Shown here piece by piece: positions 17,055 through 26,346 of a stretch of 31,967 nt of DNA. Source of the stretch: a virus (Duplodnaviria; Caudoviricetes); IMG/VR virus record IMGVR_UViG_3300020045_011112, positions 1 through 31,967 of that record, one strand, 5' to 3'. Under the pieces are notes generated by a model that was not told where the DNA came from, made no database searches, and worked only from the letters and a program-made list of their open reading frames with translations. Position 1 is the first letter of the stretch; every line of letters begins with the position of its first letter. The translations under genes and the position numbers were made by a program.

Positions 17055-18631
17055 TGAGCAGGCGTGAATTATCGGTAAAGGAGCGCCGGGAATGGCAGGA
17101 ATGGCAGATCGAAAAAAAAGCCATTATCACCGCTTTACCGATCGAAAACGAAACGGTTGAGGCCAAAAAAATCAGGATAGAATCCCTGCTTAAGGATCCC
17201 GTTAAGTACGGGCACTATTACTTTCCTCACCTGGTAACCAGTGAATTTGGCTGGTTCCACAAAAAAAGCGGACAGTACTGCCTGGATTATCCCGACTGCA
17301 TGATCGGTGCCGAGTGGCCGCGTGAGCACGCTAAATCCATCTATTGGGATGTTATTATGCCACTCATGCTCAAGTCACGCGGTGAACTTACGGGCATGAT
17401 GATTGGCAGTGCCAACGAAGATAAGGCTCAGGGACTGCTAGGTGATATCCAGGCTGAATTGATGTTTAACGAGCGTTACATCAATGATTACGGTCAGCAA
17501 CATACTTTAGGAGAGTGGAAGAGTGGGTATTTTGTTACCGTGGATGGCATTGGATTCTGGGCATTTGGACGCGGGCAATCTCCAAGGGGCACCCGTAAGA
17601 GCGCCAACCGGCCTAATTACGGGGTTATTGATGATATCGATGACGCTGTTATCGTTCGGAGCATTGCACGGGTATTAGAGGCCGTTGATTGGGTATTGGG
17701 CGACTTTTTCGGAGCCATGCCAAACAAAGGATCAAGGCTAGTTATCGCAGGTAACCGTATCCATAAATACAGCATACTCGCTCACCTGATGGGTGACGTT
17801 AACCCGGGAGATCCGGATCGGCCAAACCTTTACCATAGCAAGGTATTTGCCTTAGAAAACCCCAAAACTCACAAAAAGGACCTGAGCGATAAGGGTGTAC
17901 CAGCCTGGAAGGAAAACTTCACCAGGGAAGATATCTTGAAAAAGATGTCAAAACAAGGTACCCGGATCGGCCTCAGAGAGTTTTTTCATGAGCACGTAGT
18001 AGTTGGCCGGATCTTTAAAGAAGCCGATTTACCCTGGGTACCAGTACTGGATTTAAGCGCTTATGATCAGGTGGTCACCTATTGCGACCCCTCCTATAAG
18101 GATACCAAGTTTAGTGACGGCAAAGCGATCGTATTGATCGGCCGTAAAGGACGCTATTACGACATTATTAAGGTGTTTAACAGACAGTGTAACACGGGCG
18201 TTATGGTTCGTGGGCACTACAATATAGCCTCATTGGTCCCCGACCGGTTAGCCTGTCGGCATTACATGGAGACCGGATTTATACAGGATCTTATGCTGGA
18301 GGAATATTACCAGGAAGGGGACCGGAGGGGTTACTATTTACGAATCAGGGGTGATGATAGGAAAAAACCCGAGAAAACATCAAGGATCGAAAACTTGAGT
18401 CCGCTTACTGAGCAGCGTTTTATCCGGTTTAACCAGGCAGAAAAACACGATCCGGACATGCAGCTGCTGAGGGATCAGTTTTTAGGATTCCCGGACCTGG
18501 AGCATGATGACGGTCCGGACGCCGTTGAGGGTGGGATATGGAAAATGACCAAGAGCCTGAAACACGGCAAATCAGACAGTAAGGCGGTAGCGTACGGTGG
18601 TTTTACACGTAATTCATCAAGGAGGTGTTAA
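17054..18631 (+). CDS. terL: Terminase large subunit
   Basis: Walker A variant WPREHAKS, Walker B VIDDIDD, nuclease motifs YCDPS and HDDGPDAVEG. Confidence 0.92.
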   Translation: MSRRELSVKERREWQEWQIEKKAIITALPIENETVEAKKIRIESLLKDPVKYGHYYFPHLVTSEFGWFHKKSGQYCLDYPDCMIGAEWPREHAKSIYWDVIMPLMLKSRGELTGMMIGSANEDKAQGLLGDIQAELMFNERYINDYGQQHTLGEWKSGYFVTVDGIGFWAFGRGQSPRGTRKSANRPNYGVIDDIDDAVIVRSIARVLEAVDWVLGDFFGAMPNKGSRLVIAGNRIHKYSILAHLMGDVNPGDPDRPNLYHSKVFALENPKTHKKDLSDKGVPAWKENFTREDILKKMSKQGTRIGLREFFHEHVVVGRIFKEADLPWVPVLDLSAYDQVVTYCDPSYKDTKFSDGKAIVLIGRKGRYYDIIKVFNRQCNTGVMVRGHYNIASLVPDRLACRHYMETGFIQDLMLEEYYQEGDRRGYYLRIRGDDRKKPEKTSRIENLSPLTEQRFIRFNQAEKHDPDMQLLRDQFLGFPDLEHDDGPDAVEGGIWKMTKSLKHGKSDSKAVAYGGFTRNSSRRC

Positions 18632-18632
18632 T

Positions 18633-19055
18633 ATGAGATACTTATCAGCAAGTGATTTTAACGGTGTTCTGTCAGCCAATGCCTTATCCCAACTCAGGGG
18701 AACCGCTGACGTTAACCTGATATCAGCAGAGCAAAACGCGATCTCTGAACTGGATCCACTCCAGGGCAGATATGAAATTGAGGCAGAGTTAAGCAAGACT
18801 AGCAGCGACCGGAATATCTCTATGATCCGGATTGTAGCCAACCTAACGGCTTACTGGCTATACAACACCTCGGCTGATGTTGATATCCCGGAACGAATCT
18901 CTGAGAACTACAAAACCGCACTGAGGGATATCGAATCGTTTGCAACCGGCAAAAAATCTACCACTCTGACGGCCAAAACCGACACTGAAGGAGAGACCAA
19001 AACCAAGTTCGCTTATGGGTTCGATACCAAGCGGCAAAACAATCCATTTAATTAA
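18633..19055 (+). CDS. Mu gp36/DUF1320-like head-tail adaptor
   Basis: LQGRYEI, LTAYWLY and ENYKTALRDIE...TGK pattern; position next to the portal gene. Confidence 0.75.
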   Translation: MRYLSASDFNGVLSANALSQLRGTADVNLISAEQNAISELDPLQGRYEIEAELSKTSSDRNISMIRIVANLTAYWLYNTSADVDIPERISENYKTALRDIESFATGKKSTTLTAKTDTEGETKTKFAYGFDTKRQNNPFN

Positions 19056-19101
19056 GCCTCGAAAAACCTTTTAAATATACTTTAAGCTAACGACTGACGA
19101 C

Positions 19102-21048
19102 ATGGAAGATCAAAAACGATTAATCCCCCGTCTTTTGGGATGGGGTCAAAATAAGGCCTTAAATAAGGCTTTGGCAGCCGATAATTCAACCGGCTCAAAA
19201 AAGCGCCGTTTAACAGAAGAAATTGCCCGCCGGCCGTTTGACAGGATCAAACTGGAAATGGGTACTTTGAAAAATGCGATCGACAGTGCGAAAAATACCT
19301 ATTCACCTATCCGGCACGACCTTTATTTATTGTATGATGAGGCGATAACAGACTCTGAAGTGAGAAGCCAGTCGCGTACAGCCGCCAGTAAATTGGTTGG
19401 CGAGCCGTTCTCAATCACTGTAAACGGCGTGGACAATCCTGCCCTGGCTGATTATTTTCACCGCCCGTGGTTTGAGAAAGTTCTGAAGCAGGTATTTTGG
19501 AGTGAAATGTACGGATATACCCTGATGGAGTTTGATCGGATCCAACCGGGTGGAGAGTTTAAGGATTGTAATACGTTTCCAAGGATCCACGTGAGGCCGG
19601 AGCGTAAGGAGATCCTGATCGATCCATTTACCCTGACCGGTATTCCGATCGGGGACATCATGAAACCTTTGGGGTTGATTGAGATTGGTGATCCTTCAGA
19701 TTTAGGCGTTATGGAAACTATTACAAGGGAGGTGATCTGGAAGAATTTCAGCCGGTCCGACTGGGCAACCTACTCTGAGAAGTTTGGCAACCCGCTGATT
19801 ACACTTAATACGGATGCTGATGGTGCCGACCTGGATAAACGTATTGCCATGCTCCGGAACTTTGCTTCATCAGGTTGGGCAATTGGTGACAAAGACTCTG
19901 ACACTTTTGACCTGAAGGAACCAGCCAGCCGTAGCGGTGCTCACATGCTGTTTATGGAGAATATTAAGATGGCTGATCAGAACATTGGAAAACTGATCAA
20001 CGGACAAACCGGTACCGCTAACAACGAAGCCTGGGCCGGTACAGCAGGCGTGCATGAGCGTATTATGAACGACTACCATGATTCCCGACTGAGGACCGCT
20101 ACCAATTTAATCAATTATGAACTGATCCCATTTTTGATTTACTGGGGTTACCCTCTCCAGGGCGCCTCGTTCCGTTTTCAAGCCCTGGATAATTCAGGCG
20201 ATATCAAGCCCAATGCCGATCAACTTCCTGACGCCGGGAAGACGATCGAAAAAACCGATCCACAGGCCCAATTAAACCCTCCAGTTAAAAAAAAACGGCC
20301 GGTAGCAGCCAGCGCTATTGACCGGATGCTAGAAAGTTACCTGAGGCGGGTATATGACGGTCAAGATGGGATCGACCCAACCATCTGGAGGCACAATTTC
20401 GATTCCTTAACCCGTGCGATACTGGATGCCGGGATGGACTTTAAAACCAAAAGTCCGCTATTCAGCCTGGCAAACGACCTCAGAACCAATGCCGGTACCT
20501 TTGCAGCGTTTAAAAACCACAAAGAGCGGTTGGATTTACTCGATTTATTAATCGATAATAAGGGCGTTTTAAGGCCATTTTCAGAGTTTAAGAAGGTGGC
20601 CATGCCGGTAACTCAGCAATATAACATTAACTGGCTGCAAACAGAGTACACCAATGCCGTTGCAAGTGCCCAGATGGCTAAAAAATGGAGCGATTTTGAG
20701 GAAAACAAAGGCGATTTTCCAAACCTGGAGTACCGTGCGGTTATGGATTCACAAACACGGCCGGCACATGGCCGCCTCGATGGCCTGATACTCCCGATCG
20801 ATGATCCGCGCTGGAACAAGATATACCCTCCTAACGGCCATAACTGCCGGTGTAGCGTAACTCAAACCAGCAAGCCGGTGAAGGATCTGCCAGTGGCAAA
20901 AGAATATGTACCGGAGCCAGGGTTTGACCATAACCCGGGTAAGGATCGTAAGTTGTTCTCAAAGACCAACTCTTACCAGGTGGATTACTCCGCAAAAGAG
21001 CAGGTCGCCATCGAAAAAGAGGCCGAAAAACTCATGAAAGATGCCTGA
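19102..21048 (+). CDS. Portal (DUF935/Mu gp29-like) fused to a Mu gpF/SPP1 gp7-like head morphogenesis domain
   Basis: N-terminal WATYSEKFGNP and LINGQT; C-terminal LEYRAVMDSQTRPAH and PPNGHNCRC. Confidence 0.88.
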   Translation: MEDQKRLIPRLLGWGQNKALNKALAADNSTGSKKRRLTEEIARRPFDRIKLEMGTLKNAIDSAKNTYSPIRHDLYLLYDEAITDSEVRSQSRTAASKLVGEPFSITVNGVDNPALADYFHRPWFEKVLKQVFWSEMYGYTLMEFDRIQPGGEFKDCNTFPRIHVRPERKEILIDPFTLTGIPIGDIMKPLGLIEIGDPSDLGVMETITREVIWKNFSRSDWATYSEKFGNPLITLNTDADGADLDKRIAMLRNFASSGWAIGDKDSDTFDLKEPASRSGAHMLFMENIKMADQNIGKLINGQTGTANNEAWAGTAGVHERIMNDYHDSRLRTATNLINYELIPFLIYWGYPLQGASFRFQALDNSGDIKPNADQLPDAGKTIEKTDPQAQLNPPVKKKRPVAASAIDRMLESYLRRVYDGQDGIDPTIWRHNFDSLTRAILDAGMDFKTKSPLFSLANDLRTNAGTFAAFKNHKERLDLLDLLIDNKGVLRPFSEFKKVAMPVTQQYNINWLQTEYTNAVASAQMAKKWSDFEENKGDFPNLEYRAVMDSQTRPAHGRLDGLILPIDDPRWNKIYPPNGHNCRCSVTQTSKPVKDLPVAKEYVPEPGFDHNPGKDRKLFSKTNSYQVDYSAKEQVAIEKEAEKLMKDA

Positions 21049-21508
21049 TCCATTTAATGGCGAGCTGAAACGGATTAACGACCAGATTAAAAAAGGTTTG
21101 GTTAGGATTCCGGGAGCCATTAAGGTGGTTGGATTGGAATTTATTGCCGATAACTTCGCAAAACAGGGCTTCGAGAAGTCGACCGGATCGGTTGATACGT
21201 GGAAAAAACGTAAAGTAGTTGTTCTTAAGGGCAAAAAAGCCAAGAAAAAGGGACGCTCCGGACGAAACGTATTAACCGATAAGGGGTTTTTGAAGCGATC
21301 GTGGGCCGGAGACTCCAATACCAGTAATGAGGCTGTTGCTTTTCGCTCTCATTTGCCCTATGCAGCAGTCCATAACGAGGGATTACAGGCCGGGAGAGGT
21401 TCAGGTTTTATTATGCCCGAGCGTAAGATGATCGGCGACTCTGAGGCACTTGTACAACGTGTAAAAACCGAGGTTGACCGGATTGTCACCGAATCATTAA
21501 ACTTTTAA
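21041..21508 (+). CDS. Phage virion morphogenesis protein (Mu gpG-like)
   Basis: LTDKGFLKRS, YAAVHNEG and MPERKMIG motifs. Confidence 0.85.
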   Translation: MPDPFNGELKRINDQIKKGLVRIPGAIKVVGLEFIADNFAKQGFEKSTGSVDTWKKRKVVVLKGKKAKKKGRSGRNVLTDKGFLKRSWAGDSNTSNEAVAFRSHLPYAAVHNEGLQAGRGSGFIMPERKMIGDSEALVQRVKTEVDRIVTESLNF

Positions 21509-21510
21509 CT

Positions 21511-21930
21511 ATGCTATCACCCATTTACTTAGCAGTTAAAGCAAGACTCCAGGCAGCCAACACCGGAGTAAATGCAATCCAGTGGTTTAACATGCAGTAT
21601 GATGCAACCATCACCCAAACCACCGCAATACTGATCGAATTTCCTGAAAAGATTCCATTTCCGAGGGCTGATAACAAACAAAAATCTGGGCAAATCATTG
21701 TCAGGATACATGTGGTGAGGCAATTTATCTCTGATGCTGATGGGTCAGTACCAGACAGCATAGTAGCCGAGCATGATCAACTGGCCGAGGCCGTAAGAAC
21801 AGCCCTGGAGCGGTTCCATCCTGCCGATAACTGCACCGGTACCCTGCAATTTGCCGGATGGCAACCCTGGCAAAAGCAAAAGGGCATGATGCTATCACTC
21901 CTGGACTTTGAGACTACCAAGGTATTATAA
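21511..21930 (+). CDS. Putative tail terminator/completion protein (Mu gp37-like)
   Basis: Size, position, and IQWFNMQ...AILIEF pattern. Confidence 0.55.
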   Translation: MLSPIYLAVKARLQAANTGVNAIQWFNMQYDATITQTTAILIEFPEKIPFPRADNKQKSGQIIVRIHVVRQFISDADGSVPDSIVAEHDQLAEAVRTALERFHPADNCTGTLQFAGWQPWQKQKGMMLSLLDFETTKVL

Positions 21931-21964
21931 CAAAAAACCCCGGTGAATGCCGGGGTTTTTTGTT
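21929..21964. terminator. Bidirectional rho-independent terminator between convergent operons
   Basis: Perfect 15-bp inverted repeat AACAAAAAACCCCGG-6nt-CCGGGGTTTTTTGTT. Confidence 0.92.
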
Positions 21965-21976
21965 GGTGAAATCACA

Positions 21977-22138
21977 CTACCAAATGTGGCCACACTTGTA
22001 GCAAACTGAATTTTTACGGCCAGCAAGCAAAGTTAAAAGGCCGATAGGAAAAAGAATAATTGAAAATAGAATCTGCCAGAATCTGTAGCCGCCTTTTTGC
22101 GCTACGTTGCCACATTTAGGACATGAAGTAATTGCCAT
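21977..22138 (-). CDS. 53-aa CxxC-hydrophobic-CxxC membrane zinc-ribbon protein (LITAF-like architecture), absent from the ORF track
   Basis: Translated by hand: MAITSCPKCGNVAQKGGYRFWQILFSIILFPIGLLTLLAGRKNSVCYKCGHIW; ends just before the terminator. Confidence 0.8.
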   Translation of the reverse strand: MAITSCPKCGNVAQKGGYRFWQILFSIILFPIGLLTLLAGRKNSVCYKCGHIW

Positions 22139-22190
22139 AATGATAAGTTTTAATGTTGATAATTAGGGTGTTTTGTTAAGATGTCGCAAG

Positions 22191-22544
22191 CTATAGAAAA
22201 GCATAATGACCGTAATCAGCAGAAATAGATACCTTTCTTTCAGTGATGATCGGATCGGATATTTTGGCTCTATAAAAATGAACCAAGAAAGGGATATCTT
22301 TTACAAAGTAGGTTGCCTGAGCCAGGTCAGGCCTATCATCACATCTGCAATTTAATTCAACAAAGGATAACATGGCGAATCTGTCTTGAAACTCAAGCCC
22401 CTTTCTTTTTAACCCTTCGATTATGATATCCTCTAGTTGATTATTAAGCCTGGAAGAAATCTTATCGATAGCATTCGTAAGAAGTAGCGATGAGTCTTTT
22501 GGTAAATCAAGGTTCATGGAAGCTAATTTTATTTGTGATTCCAA
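22191..22544 (-). CDS. Hypothetical protein (start uncertain)
   Basis: Fills the operon gap on the coding strand. Confidence 0.5.
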   Translation of the reverse strand: MESQIKLASMNLDLPKDSSLLLTNAIDKISSRLNNQLEDIIIEGLKRKGLEFQDRFAMLSFVELNCRCDDRPDLAQATYFVKDIPFLVHFYRAKISDPIITERKVSISADYGHYAFL

Positions 22545-22565
22545 TATAAAAGTAATCGTAAATCA

Positions 22566-22805
22566 TTACAGTTTCACGATAATATGAGTACCGCCGATCA
22601 ACTTTACTTCAGTTACCCGGCGCTGGGTCTTTTTGGTAGCATAATAACCGGCATCGTATAGAACGATCATATCGCCATAAACCTGATAGTCGCGGCAAAG
22701 TATGCCATCAATGGAATAAACCATTTTTACCGGCTGTGAGACGCGCTGGTAAGGGGAGCAGGACAGGGCCAATACGGCCAAAACAACAATTAACAAAGTT
22801 TTCAT
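22566..22805 (-). CDS. Small lipoprotein
   Basis: MKTLLIVVLAVLALS-C lipobox. Confidence 0.7.
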   Translation of the reverse strand: MKTLLIVVLAVLALSCSPYQRVSQPVKMVYSIDGILCRDYQVYGDMIVLYDAGYYATKKTQRRVTEVKLIGGTHIIVKL

Positions 22806-22816
22806 GATTAGTAGAG

Positions 22817-23161
22817 TTAGTGAGTTTTCTTTTTTGTTTGTAATTCAAAAATCATTCGAGGTGTATAGTTTCTTATAAAGCCACCAGGAGCCATTTTAAA
22901 TAGCTTACAAAGCCTTAATTCAATCGTTTTAGTAAGGGTAAACCCAACGGCCGGCACCATCACAACGGGGGTAATAAATCGCCTGGTAGGATTACTCCAG
23001 CCAATCTCCGGAGCCAGCAACAAACTGGCCGAGATCTTAACAACCTTCAGTTCCAAAGTGGCAACCTTTACGTATTCCTTCAGATATTCCTGGCGGGTAA
23101 ACTGAGCCACCGAATTAGCATACGGCCAGCAAATAACCAATAGCATCAGTGCCTTTTTCAT
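22817..23161 (-). CDS. Hypothetical exported protein (start MKKALML)
   Basis: ATGA overlap with the upstream gene; signal-like N-terminus ending SVA-Q. Confidence 0.55.
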   Translation of the reverse strand: MKKALMLLVICWPYANSVAQFTRQEYLKEYVKVATLELKVVKISASLLLAPEIGWSNPTRRFITPVVMVPAVGFTLTKTIELRLCKLFKMAPGGFIRNYTPRMIFELQTKKKTH

Positions 23162-23415
23162 TGGAAAAGGGATTTTTGCTTGATGCACGGGTTTTCCTTT
23201 TCTGCCAGCTGGGCCGCCTCAATCTCCTTAATTTGCTTTTTTGCCGGGATGCTGAGGTAATTGTAAAAGGTTCCCATGCTGATGAAATATTTATCCCGGA
23301 TCATGTTTCTGAAGATCCATACATCGGTATGACCCTTACCATTTCGGTTATATTCATTCCAAATCTCCTGGATCTCTAACACTTTTTTCAGATGGTTTAA
23401 TCGGTTGTAGGCCAT
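23158..23415 (-). CDS. Small HTH-like protein, possible middle/late regulator
   Basis: YFISMGTFYNYL recognition-helix-like segment; lies after the GemA-like gene, where Mu has mor. Confidence 0.55.
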   Translation of the reverse strand: MAYNRLNHLKKVLEIQEIWNEYNRNGKGHTDVWIFRNMIRDKYFISMGTFYNYLSIPAKKQIKEIEAAQLAEKENPCIKQKSLFQ

Positions 23416-23425
23416 GATCGTTGAT

Positions 23426-23872
23426 TTAGTTAAGGAAAAATCCGGTGAATTTCAATCTTGATTTTTTGGAAGGGTACTGAGTATTATGAGCACTGATACC
23501 GCGGAACTGTTTAATCAGTTCATCGAGTTCCATTACTGTATACTCATTCAGTGATTTTTTGTAAACCGATCGGGAGGCCATAAAGGCGTTAAATTTATCC
23601 CAGCCATCAACCTCCTTAATGCCCTGCTCAGATGCCAGCTTGAGAACGATCGACCTTTTTTTACGGATCTCATCATCCACGTTGGCCTGTAATGCCACAT
23701 GAGCATTAAACTGATTTTCAAACTTCCAGCAAATATCCCTTATCTCATCATCGGTAAGGTCCTTGGTGCTGGAGGTACGGCCATTGGTCCAGATATATAC
23801 CAGTTCATGACGCTGATTGTCGTCGATTCCGGCCTTACCCAGTAACGCCATCAGATGTTTATGCGAGGTCAT
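23426..23872 (-). CDS. GemA/DUF1018-like protein (start MTSHKH)
   Basis: GRTSSTKDLT and LNEYTVMELDELIKQF resemble Mu gp16/GemA. Confidence 0.65.
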   Translation of the reverse strand: MTSHKHLMALLGKAGIDDNQRHELVYIWTNGRTSSTKDLTDDEIRDICWKFENQFNAHVALQANVDDEIRKKRSIVLKLASEQGIKEVDGWDKFNAFMASRSVYKKSLNEYTVMELDELIKQFRGISAHNTQYPSKKSRLKFTGFFLN

Positions 23873-24257
23873 ATTTGTATTTTTTATCGGTTGTTGCCGG
23901 AATCTCACTGAAGATAAGGCCCTCCAATTCGGCCATGATAGCCTGGATAATCGGACCGTAAACAGGATCATTATAATACCTGGTGCGGATCTTCTTACGC
24001 CCGTAAACTACTACCGAATGATTACGGCCAATCTCGGCAGCAATCTCATGTAGCGACAGAGGTGTAAATTCCCGGAGTGCTGTAGCCAGGGTAAATCGCC
24101 TGACAATGTCCGGACGGTGCGGGGCCTTCACATCAACCATGCCAGCGAAGTGGCGGTTAACCACTTCGCGGCAATGATCGATAGACTTACGCTCGACCTT
24201 CATGATCACTGAGCGATAAGCACGCCACCAAGTTTTAAAAGCGTTTTCTGCTTTCAC
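23859..24257 (-). CDS. Protein with DnaA C-terminal-like HTH
   Basis: LREFTPLSLHEIAAEIGRNHSVVVYGRKKI resembles DnaA domain IV (SLxEIGxxFGGRDHTTVxHAxxKI). Confidence 0.7.
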   Translation of the reverse strand: MKAENAFKTWWRAYRSVIMKVERKSIDHCREVVNRHFAGMVDVKAPHRPDIVRRFTLATALREFTPLSLHEIAAEIGRNHSVVVYGRKKIRTRYYNDPVYGPIIQAIMAELEGLIFSEIPATTDKKYKYDLA

Positions 24258-24487
24258 TACTTTTCGGATAATTCGGTGAAATGAAGCACATAAGTCTTAT
24301 CGGTAATGAAACCGCGTAGAATTTCGCCGGTAGGATCAGTGATCACCATCTGGCATTTAGGATCAATTTCACGGGTTTTAGCGCCCGTCTCCGAGTCGGT
24401 AAACTCAGGCACCAGGACTACTTTTTTAGCCCCGGTTTTCTCATCCTTTGTGGATGATTTACAGATAAACTTTGCATTTTCAGACAT
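24257..24487 (-). CDS. Hypothetical protein
   Basis: Coupled within the early operon. Confidence 0.6.
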   Translation of the reverse strand: MSENAKFICKSSTKDEKTGAKKVVLVPEFTDSETGAKTREIDPKCQMVITDPTGEILRGFITDKTYVLHFTELSEK

Positions 24488-24502
24488 AATATTTGATTTA
24501 GA

Positions 24503-24811
24503 TTAACGTGTTTTACTTGCTTTGCGCTGCAAAAACCTGAGTTCAGCGCGGTTGCTGGCCAACTCCTTGATATTATTAAGATGGAGATCAGCAATATTGA
24601 TACTTATCGGGCGGTAAACACCTTCAGCATCGCGCTTGTAAACGATGCTTCCATGCTTTTCGCGAAATGCGTCGAAGATGTTTTTCACGATCATCACGTC
24701 GAACCTTTTGCGTGCGAGTTCAAAAGCGAATTTTTCACCAGTCAGACCAATAACCATTACCTTGATTTTGGTGGCCTTTACAGGCGATTTGGCGGGGTTT
24801 TTTGCTTCCAT
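24503..24811 (-). CDS. Hypothetical protein
   Basis: In the operon; alternative TTG start at 24844. Confidence 0.55.
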   Translation of the reverse strand: MEAKNPAKSPVKATKIKVMVIGLTGEKFAFELARKRFDVMIVKNIFDAFREKHGSIVYKRDAEGVYRPISINIADLHLNNIKELASNRAELRFLQRKASKTR

Positions 24812-24840
24812 AGTCTTGTTATTTACGCACTCTCCGTTCT

Positions 24841-25164
24841 TCAATTTCTACCCCCCCCCAATGCGGAAAAAACATGAGGATCAATACCTTTCAATTCAAG
24901 GCCGGATTTAAATACCAGACCCCGGTCGATAGTCTTGGTAACCAGGTGAAGCGGTGCTGATCCAGCGCGAGTTTCAAACTCGGCAATATATCGGACCCTT
25001 TTGGCTACGCCGTCATTCTGAATCAGGTCGAATAACATTACCCTGTCGGATGGTAGGTGTACGGGAGTCAACCGGGCGAGAATTATGCCCTTCTTTTCCT
25101 CCGGATGCTCCAATCTTTTCATTGAAACAACCAAGTTTTTAGATAATCTTTCAGTTTTCTTCAT
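24841..25164 (-). CDS. Hypothetical protein (start MKKTERL)
   Basis: ATG follows an AT-rich leader; the ORF-track extension overlaps the tRNA. Confidence 0.6.
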   Translation of the reverse strand: MKKTERLSKNLVVSMKRLEHPEEKKGIILARLTPVHLPSDRVMLFDLIQNDGVAKRVRYIAEFETRAGSAPLHLVTKTIDRGLVFKSGLELKGIDPHVFSALGGGRN

Positions 25165-25184
25165 TTTATTAGAGTTAAATCTTG

Positions 25185-25256
25185 TACTCCCGACCGGACT
25201 CGAACCGGTGTGATCAGCGTGAAAAGCTGACATCCTAACCACTAGATGACAGGAGC
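25185..25256 (-). tRNA. tRNA-Glu(UUC)
   Basis: Acceptor stem GCTCCTG/CGGGAGT, D-loop TAGTGGTTAG, anticodon arm TCAGC-TTTTCAC-GCTGA, T-arm ACCGG-TTCGAGT-CCGGT; CCA not encoded. Confidence 0.92.
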
Positions 25257-25263
25257 AATACGC

Positions 25264-25938
25264 CTACTCGGCAGGATCAGGAACCGGTTCATCAATAACC
25301 GGCAAACTGGCAAATGTTAAAGGGATTAGAGCATCCTTGCTGATGTCGTTTTTCTTGTAAAAGGCTACATTCATGCTGATTAAGATCGTATTATGAGCTT
25401 CTTTAAACAGCTGCATGGCCTTTTTCCAGCGGGCATCATCATACAGATTCTCTTTGCTGATCAGAGTCTGGATATTGGCGGGGTTAAATTCCCCCTTATC
25501 TCCACGCTGAAGTAAGGAGGTTACCAGTTCAAACGTCTTCAGGTTACGCCGCTTAACCATATCGGTTAAAAACTCCCTGATCAATTGCTCACCCAAATTG
25601 GCACGCTCATCATACTCCTGCTTGGTGTTACGTTCCAGGGCAACACGCATCATTCCATCGGCTGATCGCAAAGCAAACCCACCTTTTGAATTGCTCCGGA
25701 CATCGCCGTACTGATCAGCCATCGATCGGAAATTCATGAGCCTGGTAAAGGCTTTTTGCTTAAACTTGATCATGGCCTCACTTAATGCCTGAGCCTCGTT
25801 AGTCAGCTGACTAACAATCTGCTCACGGGTGGCTTCATAGTCCTCCCGTTTTTGTTGCTCAGCATCATGCTGAGCTTGCTCGCGGCGCTTTAATTCCGCT
25901 TTCAGTTCCTCATCTGATAATTGCTTAATTGTATCCAT
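25264..25938 (-). CDS. DUF3164-family Mu-like phage protein
   Basis: SKGGFALRSADG, YDERA and RWKKAMQLFKEA pattern; follows the MuB-like gene. Confidence 0.8.
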   Translation of the reverse strand: MDTIKQLSDEELKAELKRREQAQHDAEQQKREDYEATREQIVSQLTNEAQALSEAMIKFKQKAFTRLMNFRSMADQYGDVRSNSKGGFALRSADGMMRVALERNTKQEYDERANLGEQLIREFLTDMVKRRNLKTFELVTSLLQRGDKGEFNPANIQTLISKENLYDDARWKKAMQLFKEAHNTILISMNVAFYKKNDISKDALIPLTFASLPVIDEPVPDPAE

Positions 25939-25944
25939 TTCTAT

Positions 25945-26346
25945 TTAATTTTTAGGGAAAACATTGTCGATAACCCATCCACATGGCAGGGCGTTATAGG
26001 TGTTCAAATAGTATTCTAAGTCGGTACGGGATAGGATCGAGGACCCTAATTCCTGACAAATCAGTTTTAATACCCGCGCCCACCAGTCCCAAAAAACAGG
26101 ACTCTCCTGGATGCGCGCAAAAACCTCGGTAACCGTGCATTTTTTAAAGGATTCACGACGCATTACATCGCCAAAAACCTCATGAAATACACTCCAACGG
26201 CCCACTTTTAAGCGAAGATGATCCATGTACTGGCACCCGCTCTCATACCACAGGTTCACCATTTGATCATCCTTCATGGCAACCTTAGTAGCCACACCCC
26301 GAACTGCCGGAGCTGCAATCCTTGCGGATATTACGACTCCAGACAT
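25945..26346 (-). CDS. Hypothetical protein
   Basis: In the operon; contains SPVFWDWW. Confidence 0.6.
   Translation of the reverse strand: MSGVVISARIAAPAVRGVATKVAMKDDQMVNLWYESGCQYMDHLRLKVGRWSVFHEVFGDVMRRESFKKCTVTEVFARIQESPVFWDWWARVLKLICQELGSSILSRTDLEYYLNTYNALPCGWVIDNVFPKN

Noticed and set aside
25165-25242. N-terminal extension of ORF 24841..25242
   Set aside because: Overlaps the tRNA-Glu gene; the ATG at 25164 is the more plausible start.
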